From positions 6,483 through 70,482 of the forward strand of contig DATJUM010000194.1 in NCBI GenBank assembly GCA_035502355.1: a stretch of DNA of 64,000 nucleotides, written 5' to 3'. The position numbers and the translations under genes are program-made. Shown piece by piece: positions 8,817-15,585 of this stretch. Every line of letters starts with the position of its first letter. The stretch's first letter is position 1. The notes under the pieces were generated by a model. It was not told the DNA's origin, did not search any database, and was given only the letters and a program-made list of their open reading frames with translations. Origin of the DNA: Rhizomicrobium sp. (GTDB lineage: Bacteria; Pseudomonadota; Alphaproteobacteria; Micropepsales; Micropepsaceae).

Positions 8817-9742
8817 ATGTCGGAAAAAATTGGCTTCAGGGCGTGGTCGCAAACCGCTGCGCCGTTCGCAATCGCCGCGGCGTTGATGGCCGGCCTGGCC
8901 TCCTCCGCCGTCGCAAAGGGAGCTTCCTACGACGTCCTCTATAGTTTCACGGACGGAACTGATGGCGGTTCACCCTATTCGGGCCTCGTCGCGGACAAGA
9001 CGGGCAATCTCTACGGCACGACCGGTTACGGCGGTACCGACGGTCTCGGGGTGGTGTTCGAACTGACGCCCGCCAGCAGCGAGACGTCCTGCATAGTTTC
9101 AGCGGCGGCCAGGAGGGAGGCGTTCCGACTGCCGGGCTGATCGAGGACAAGGCGGGCAATCTCTACGGCACGACCAGCGGCTCCAGCAACGCGGCCTCCG
9201 TTGTCTTTCAGCTTGCGCGCAGCGGCGCCTATACAGTCCTTCATGTCTTCACGGGCGGAAGCGATGGCGGACTTCCCGAGGCCAACCTGCTTTTGGACAA
9301 GGAGGGCAATCTCTACGGCACGGGAGTCTATGGCGGCGCCGACGGCAATGGTGTTGTTTTCGAGGTGACGCCGAACGGCACCGAGTCGGTGCTCTATTCC
9401 TTCACGGGCGGAAATGATGGGAGCGACCCTTACTCCAGCCTCGTTCGCGACAAAGCGGGCAATCTGTACGGCACGGCTTCCGCAGGCGGCGCCGACGGCG
9501 CCGGAGTTGTCTTCGAGCTTGCGCCCAGCGGCGGTGGCGCCGACGGTAATGGGGTCGTTTTCAAGCTCGCGCCCGATGGAACCGAAACGGTGCTCCATGG
9601 CTTCATGGGGGGAAGCGATGGTGGCTGCAGCACAAGCAATCTGATCAAGGACCCGAGCCAGCCCGGCGGCTATTTCTATGGCACGGCATCACTCGGGGGG
9701 GGGGCGGATGATTACGGCGTGGTCTTCAAGGTGAAGAAATAG
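8817..9742 (+). pseudogene. GloVer-type tandem-repeat secreted protein, interrupted by a 1-nt frameshift
   Basis: Signal peptide ...FAIAAALMAGLASSAVA. Units of 50-51 aa (GNLYGTT..GG..G.GVVFEL.P.G.E.VLysF.GG.DG). The frame-0 ORF ends at 9140. The repeat continues in frame 2 from 9086 (VLHSFSGGQEGG...) to the stop at 9742. Confidence 0.8.
9695..9704 (+). repeat. G10 homopolymer inside the GloVer coding sequence
   Basis: Ten consecutive G encode GGG(A) in ...ASLGGGADDYGVVF. This is the longest homopolymer I noticed in the window. Confidence 0.9.
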
Positions 9743-9841
9743 AATTGGGCCGGCTGATCCGGTTCGCCCCAGAATTCCAGATTTCGACGGCGCGGCGCGA
9801 TGCCGGCAGGCTTTGCGCCCATGATTCCGAAGGAGAATTCC

Positions 9842-10636
9842 ATGCGTATCTATCCCACGCCGCTATGTCGGGCGCTGCTCGGCTCGACGCTCGCACTCGC
9901 CGCTTTGACCCCGGCCGCGGCCGCGAGCGCGCCACACGCCGAATGGGGGGAAGGCCAAGCGGTAACGGGAAGCCATTCCCTCGCTTCGCGACGTATATAC
10001 ACGGTGCTGCATAACTTTGCCGGCCCGACCGGCGATGGCCGGTATTCCTTCGCCGAAGTCACGCCGGACAGGTCCGGCAAAATATATGGGACGACCGACA
10101 GCGGCGGTGCCTATGGCGCGGGCGTGCTCTTCGAAGTCGCCCCGGGCGGAACGGAAAGCGTGGTTCATAATTTCGGCGGTGCCGGTGACGGCATCACGCC
10201 CGAAGGCGCTGCAACCATCGACGCAGGCGGAAACATGTACGGCACGACCGCCTTTGGCGGCGCGTCGAACGACGGCACCATCTGGGAACTCGCCGCGGAC
10301 GGGACCTACACCGTACCGCACTGTTTCACCTGCGACGAAGGCGATTATCTCAGGGGGCGCCTGATCGAGGATAAGGCGGGTAATCTCTATGGCACAGCGC
10401 GTTACGGCGGTGCCAACGATGACGGGACCGTCTTCCAGTGTTGCCCCAAGGGCCAGCTCACCGCCCCGTGCCGCGACGATGCGGCAGCGCGGTTCGCATT
10501 GCAAACAACAATTCGGCCGACTTGCCGAAAGCGCTACACGACGAGCCGAAATTCGTTCGGTTGCACAATGCGCATCGTGCCGTCGGCGCACGCCCGCGTC
10601 GTGCGTGCGCCGGTAACATGCGTGCTCAGGGCTTGA
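9842..10636 (+). CDS. GloVer-type tandem-repeat secreted protein (3' end probably degenerate)
   Basis: ATG 9842 after GAAGGAG, with signal peptide ...LALAALTPAAAASA. About 3.5 repeat units run up to ...GNLYGTARYGGANDDGTVFQ. From about 10440 the frame turns Arg/Cys-rich and loses the repeat pattern. Confidence 0.65.
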   Translation: MRIYPTPLCRALLGSTLALAALTPAAAASAPHAEWGEGQAVTGSHSLASRRIYTVLHNFAGPTGDGRYSFAEVTPDRSGKIYGTTDSGGAYGAGVLFEVAPGGTESVVHNFGGAGDGITPEGAATIDAGGNMYGTTAFGGASNDGTIWELAADGTYTVPHCFTCDEGDYLRGRLIEDKAGNLYGTARYGGANDDGTVFQCCPKGQLTAPCRDDAAARFALQTTIRPTCRKRYTTSRNSFGCTMRIVPSAHARVVRAPVTCVLRA

Positions 10637-11840
10637 CCGCGAAGACGGTGCCGCAGCCTTCGTTCTGGGTGCAGCCCGTGCCGCCGCCAAAGGTGGTCGT
10701 GCCGTAGAGGGTGCCGGAGACGTTCAGCAGGCTGGCTGCGGGGCATACCCCGTCGTTCTTGCCCTCAAAGGAATAGACGACGGTCTCCTTTTTGCTTGCG
10801 GAGATGGAGAACACGGCGCCCTTGTGTTTTTCGCCCCCGGCGCAGGTCGTGCCGTAGAAACCGCCGCCTTTGCCGTCTGAAATCAGCCCAGCGTCGGGCA
10901 GTTGCGCGTCGCCTTTACCACGAAATTGGTACTGCGGATCGACGCGGTTGCGGCGTACCTTGAACACGGTGCCGTCGTTATGCGAGCCGCCGCCCTCGGC
11001 CGTACCGAAAAGCTCGCTGCCGCGCCCGAAAGTCAGCCCGCCCAGCGGATAGGCGCCGTCGTTCAAATCCTGGAAGGCGTAGATATCCTTCTCTTTTCCG
11101 GCCGCAGTTATTTCGAAGATCGTTCCGCAACCGAGATCGCATTGCCCCGTGGCCTCGCCGCCATAGGTCGCCGTCCCATAGAGATTGCCGCTGCCATCCA
11201 TGATGACGGAAGCCCATGGCGATATTCCGTCCATGCAATTCTCTTGTGAGCAGAAGGAATAGAGCACCTGCTCTCCGCCGCTGGCGGGAAGTTCGAAAAC
11301 CGTGCCGCAGGAACAGTCTCCGCTGCCGCCCGTTACAGTCGTCCCATAGAGGTTGCCGTTCTTGTCCATCAGGAGCGCGGCGTAGGGTGTGGAGCCATCG
11401 TTCGAGCTGAACGCATAAAGCACGGTTAGCGTCCCGCCCGGCGCCAGTTTGAACACCGTCCCGCAGCCCGCATCCCCGCAGCCGCCGCCGGTGTTTCCGC
11501 CCTGGCTTGCAGTACCGTAAAGATTGCCGCTCGAATCCATGATCACGCCGGCACCGGGACAAACCCCGTCGGTTCCGCTGAAGGAATGCAGCACCGTGAG
11601 CGCCCCGCTTGGCGTCAGTTCGAACACCTCCCCGTCGTCATTGGCGCCACCGGCGCAGGTCGTGCCGTAGAGATTGCCCGAACTGTCCGCGACCAGTGCC
11701 GCGACCGGCAATGCGCCATCGGTGCAGTTCGTCTGGCCGCAAAAGGAATAAACCACCGATTCACTTGCCGCCTGCGCGCCGCCCGGCAGCGCCATTTCCG
11801 CGAGCAAAAGCGCGGCGCCGGCAAAAGCCATACGGAACAT
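10626..11840 (-). CDS. GloVer-type tandem-repeat secreted protein (Cys-rich variant, apparently intact)
   Basis: ATG 11840 after GAGGGGGA, with signal peptide MFRMAFAGAALLLAEMALPGGAQA. About 7 units: SFC.Q.NC.DG..P...L..D..GNLYGTT..GG......CGTVFEL. Confidence 0.8.
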   Translation of the reverse strand: MFRMAFAGAALLLAEMALPGGAQAASESVVYSFCGQTNCTDGALPVAALVADSSGNLYGTTCAGGANDDGEVFELTPSGALTVLHSFSGTDGVCPGAGVIMDSSGNLYGTASQGGNTGGGCGDAGCGTVFKLAPGGTLTVLYAFSSNDGSTPYAALLMDKNGNLYGTTVTGGSGDCSCGTVFELPASGGEQVLYSFCSQENCMDGISPWASVIMDGSGNLYGTATYGGEATGQCDLGCGTIFEITAAGKEKDIYAFQDLNDGAYPLGGLTFGRGSELFGTAEGGGSHNDGTVFKVRRNRVDPQYQFRGKGDAQLPDAGLISDGKGGGFYGTTCAGGEKHKGAVFSISASKKETVVYSFEGKNDGVCPAASLLNVSGTLYGTTTFGGGTGCTQNEGCGTVFAVKP

Positions 11841-12068
11841 TGAATCCCCCTCATTATCCGAATGCGAGGTGATCATACGGCCGCGGAGGCTTCATCCGCA
11901 AGGCAGCCGCCGGACGGGACCGGCCTTTCCGCAGCGCAGCAATAGGGTTGGGGACAGTTTCCATCCGGGCGCGGCCGATGAAAGAGTTCTCTTTCATGCC
12001 CGGCCATTGCATGGCGCGCCGCACCTGCTTCGCGCAACCTGATCCTGGGAATTCGACCGAAGGGGCTC

Positions 12069-13228
12069 ATGAAACCGAACGTGAATTGGCTTGCCGTGCT
12101 GTCGCTGGGCGGCGCCCTGTGTGCCGGCGCGGCGCACGCCGACTACACCTATATGGGGCATTGCACCGACGATCCGGCGGTTTCGCCCGAGGATATCATT
12201 TCGGGCGCGCCCTCAAGGATTGGCCGCGCTGGATGCTGGAGACGCGCGCCCTCAGCGTGGAGGAGATGCGGTTTTTCGAAGCCTCCTCGGGCTATGATCT
12301 GGATGAATACGGCACGGCGCTTGACGACATCGATGAACAGTTTCTCTGGCCCGATGCCTCGAAGCCCTTTCTCACCATCGCCGGCGGCTATCAGAGACTG
12401 CCCGTCACGCTTGCCGATGAGGCGCGCCGGCTGGGTGCGTCCGTCACAATGCAATCGGAGGTAATGAGCGTAATTGTTCCGGAGCAATCCGGTGCGCCAT
12501 GCCGGATTGCCGTGCGCGGAAAGGATGGGACCTCGCGCGAATTGCGCGCGAACAAACTTATATTCGCCATGCCGCGGCACGCGCTGGAACGCATCGCGCA
12601 ATTCCCGCTGCGTGCGGAGCCGCGCTTTGCTTCGCTGATTGCTGCCGTGGAAGCCATGCCGGCGTTGAAATCGCTGGTGCTCTATGCGCGGCCATGGTGG
12701 CATGACGCGGGAATCGACGGCGGATTGTCCGTTACGGACATGCCGGCGCGCATGTTTTATCCGGTGGGCGCCGAGAAGGTCCGGCTTTCGAGCGAGTCCG
12801 CGAAGGGCTTTGGCGTGCTGATGATGTATTGCTGCGGTTCGTCGACAGGCTGGTGGCGCGCGGCCGCGGCGGCACCCCCTTCCAATAGTGGGGGTTTTCA
12901 ACGGCTCACGGCGGATTCGCCCGTGGTGTGCGAGATCCATCGCGAGGCCGAGACGGTCTATGCGCAGCACGCTCCCGCCCCTCTTGCCGGCTGCCTGCAG
13001 GACTGGAATGCCGGGCCTTATGGCGGAGCCTGGCATTATTGGGCGCTGGGCAGGGGCGGCAGGGCGCTTGCCGATCAGATCGTCAGGCCGATCACGGATC
13101 GCGAACTCTATATTTGCGGCGAAGCTTATGCATGGCCGCAGCAGGCCTGGGCCGAAGGCGCGATTGATCGTGCCGAATTCATGCTCCAGCGCCATTTCGG
13201 CCTCGTGCCTCCAAAATGGCTTGCGTGA
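12069..13228 (+). pseudogene. flavin amine-oxidase-family remnant (lacks the N-terminal FAD-binding fold; frameshifted)
   Basis: ATG 12069 (GAAGGGG SD) encodes the signal peptide MKPNVNWLAVLSLGGALCAGAAHA in frame 0. The amine-oxidase-like body (LKDWPRWMLETRAL...TIAGGYQRLP...ELYICGEAYAWPQQAWAEGAIDRAEFML) is in frame 2 from about 12212. No GxGxxG is found in any frame upstream. Confidence 0.5.
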
Positions 13229-13443
13229 TTCAAATCCGGATTGATGCCGGATTGCGTCATTTGCGATGCAAGGCGACCGAAACATTTTGTTTCGCTGGAA
13301 TCGTCTGATCAAATCTGCCAGGGAATTTGCTAGGCAAGAATGTTGCGCCCGGAGCTCGAATGTGGGCGGCCGGGTGTTTTGTTTTCCGGGCGACCGAAAC
13401 GCGAACGACGCGCGGAGTCAGGTACCACGTACTAACATACAAG

Positions 13444-13486
13444 CGCTGATTTCAGTTCGCTGATGATCGCTGATAAAATCGCTGTT
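13444..13486. repeat. four closely spaced CGCTGAT/CGCTGTT direct repeats in the convergent spacer
   Basis: CGCTGAT occurs at 13444, 13458 and 13468, and CGCTGTT at 13480 (spacings 14, 10 and 12 nt). They lie 27-69 nt beyond the asnB stop. Confidence 0.6.
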
Positions 13487-13512
13487 ATGCCTTCGGCGCC
13501 GGTGCGGCCACA

Positions 13513-15423
13513 TCACGCCGCGCGGCGGGCAGTTGTATCGGTCATTTCTGCGATGCCGTCCGGGCGGAAAGTGCGCAGGAACAGTTCGAGATTGGCGAGC
13601 GTCCACAGCACGCGTTCGTTGTTTCGCCGCTCCTCGAGATGATCGTCCAGCATTCGCCGCAGAACAGCGGGCGGGCAGAGACGCGTGACGGAGGAGTTGC
13701 CGCTCGCCAGCATGTCGCGCAATTCGTCGCGGCAGCGGGTGCGGAACCAGGCGGCGAGCGGCACGCGAAATCCGATCTTGCGGCGGGTCAGGATCTCCGG
13801 CGGCAACGCCTTGCGCATGGCGGCGCGCAAAACGCGCTTGCCGCCGCGACCGCCGGTGAGGAAACGATCGGGCAGGCGGGCGGCGAACCGCGCAAGCTCC
13901 ATATCCATGAACGGCATGCGGCCTTCGACGGAGGCCGCCATCATCATGCGGTCGCCACGCTCGAGCAGATTGTCGGGCAGCCACGAGGTTTGATCGAAGA
14001 ACAATATCCGGCGCAGGGCCGAGCGCCCGCGAAGCGAAAAAGGAAAAGGATCGGGTGGTATCACAGAGGCGGCTTTGCCAAGCAGCGCGGTGCGGTCGGC
14101 TTCGGAAATGCCGCCGAACCAGGTGCGCAACCGCGTCGCGGAATCGCGTTCGCCGAGAGCGGCTGCGAGGATGCGCAGCCGCGGCTGCCGGCTTGCGGCA
14201 GCGCCGCGCTCGGTGAACCAGCGATGCAGCGGGCGCGGCATCAGGCTCTGATAAGTCCCGACCCAGGATTCGGCCTGGTGTTTGGGATAACCGCCAAGAA
14301 TCTCATCCGAGCCTTCGCCGGTCAGCACCATCTTCACGCTCTGCCGCGCGAGATGGGAGAGCATCAGAATGGGAATATCAGAGGCTTCGCTGACCGGCGC
14401 ACCGCGGCGCAGCACCGCCTCCGGCCAATGGGCGAGAAAAGTTTCGGGCTCGACGACGAGTTCGCGATGGTCGGTGCCGAAACAGTCGGCGACGGTGCGG
14501 GCGTGACGAAGCTCCGACCAGCTCTGTTCGCGAAAGCCGACGGAAAAGGTGCGAATGGGCGCCCCACTATGTTTCGCCATCTGCGCGACCACGGCCGAGG
14601 AATCGATGCCGCCGGAAAGAAAGGCGCCATAAGGCGCGTCACTGCGCATACGGATGCGCACTGCCTCGTCGAAAACCTGCGCGAATTCATCGACCGCTTT
14701 TCCGAAATGCGTGAAGTCCGGGCACGTGTCGGCGAGCGGTGGCGCGAGATAGCGTTCGATCGAATGGCGCCCTTGTTTCCAGACGAGGGCGTGGCCCGGA
14801 AGCAGCTTGCGGATGGCGCGGAAGAAGGTCAGCGGCGCGGGGACGTAACGGTTAAGAAGATATTGACGCAACGCCTCGGATTCGAGCGCGCGCGAGATGC
14901 CGGGGAAGGCGAGCAGCGGATCGATTTCGGAGGCGAAGAGAAGTCCGGATGCGCTCTCGGCCAGGAAGAGCGGCTTCTTGCCAAAGGGATCGCGCGCGAG
15001 CACGAACTGCTGTTCTTCCGCGTCCCAGAGCGCGAAAGTGAACATGCCGCGGAGGCGCCGCAGCGCGGCCATGCCCCAGGCGCGCCAGGCTTCCAGCAGA
15101 ACCTCGGTATCGGATTGGGTGGCGAAGATGTGCCCGCGCTGTCGCAATTCGTCGCGCAATTCGATGTAATTATAGATTTCGCCGTTGAGGACGATGCCCG
15201 TGGTGCCGTCGGCGCTCCACATGGGCTGCGTTCCGCCTGCGAGGTCGATGATGGAGAGCCGGCGATGGCCGAAGCCCAGTTGAAAGGCATGATCTGCCGT
15301 GGCACCGATCCAGAATCCCGAGCCGTCGGGTCCGCGATGCCCCAGCCGGTCCGTGAGCTGCGCGAGCAGCGAGCGGTCGCGCGCCTTCGCATCCGGCAAC
15401 ACCCAACCGAACATTCCGCACAT
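13513..15423 (-). CDS. asnB: asparagine synthase (glutamine-hydrolysing), AsnB family
   Basis: 636 aa. N-terminal MCGMFGW (Cys2 Ntn glutaminase) and the synthetase PP-loop FLSGGIDSSAV. Confidence 0.9.
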   Translation of the reverse strand: MCGMFGWVLPDAKARDRSLLAQLTDRLGHRGPDGSGFWIGATADHAFQLGFGHRRLSIIDLAGGTQPMWSADGTTGIVLNGEIYNYIELRDELRQRGHIFATQSDTEVLLEAWRAWGMAALRRLRGMFTFALWDAEEQQFVLARDPFGKKPLFLAESASGLLFASEIDPLLAFPGISRALESEALRQYLLNRYVPAPLTFFRAIRKLLPGHALVWKQGRHSIERYLAPPLADTCPDFTHFGKAVDEFAQVFDEAVRIRMRSDAPYGAFLSGGIDSSAVVAQMAKHSGAPIRTFSVGFREQSWSELRHARTVADCFGTDHRELVVEPETFLAHWPEAVLRRGAPVSEASDIPILMLSHLARQSVKMVLTGEGSDEILGGYPKHQAESWVGTYQSLMPRPLHRWFTERGAAASRQPRLRILAAALGERDSATRLRTWFGGISEADRTALLGKAASVIPPDPFPFSLRGRSALRRILFFDQTSWLPDNLLERGDRMMMAASVEGRMPFMDMELARFAARLPDRFLTGGRGGKRVLRAAMRKALPPEILTRRKIGFRVPLAAWFRTRCRDELRDMLASGNSSVTRLCPPAVLRRMLDDHLEERRNNERVLWTLANLELFLRTFRPDGIAEMTDTTARRAA

Positions 15424-15585
15424 GAAAACGATTCCGTGATTCGCAGCCCCGCGGAACGTAGCACGCCGGCCCTTGCCGCCAATTTAAGATGCGGTTGGGA
15501 ACTCACGTGCCAAGATGGCGGTTAGAGCAGATGGGCGGCTTCCGCGGCATGGGAGAAAGCGGCCGCGTGCGCCGGGCGAGGTAGA

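Noticed and set aside
8990-9700. Regular ~150-nt periodicity that could look like a CRISPR or satellite array
   Set aside because: The period corresponds to 50-51-codon protein repeats in a continuous reading frame, with no invariant short repeats separated by unique spacers. It is not a CRISPR array.
11948-12232. Long N-terminal extension of the amine-oxidase ORF (start at 11948)
   Set aside because: These ~95 residues are Arg-rich nonsense with no Rossmann motif. The frame is open only by chance, and the credible start signals are at 12069 (another frame) or 12233.
13513-15423. AsnB homologue as a lasso-peptide cyclase or other RiPP/beta-lactam-type amidotransferase
   Set aside because: It keeps the full Cys2 glutaminase domain and is 636 aa long. 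No precursor peptide, leader protease, exosortase or transporter gene lies nearby. With the evidence available it is an ordinary AsnB-family enzyme.
13639-15525. 628-aa ORF antisense to asnB
   Set aside because: asnB on the other strand has unambiguous catalytic motifs. The antisense frame is Arg/Ala-rich and motif-free. The same reasoning applies to 17368-18729, 18771-20492, 22709-23884, 24426-25466, 35068-36294, 36390-37262, 44666-45982, 49348-50295, 50594-51793 and 62297-63085.
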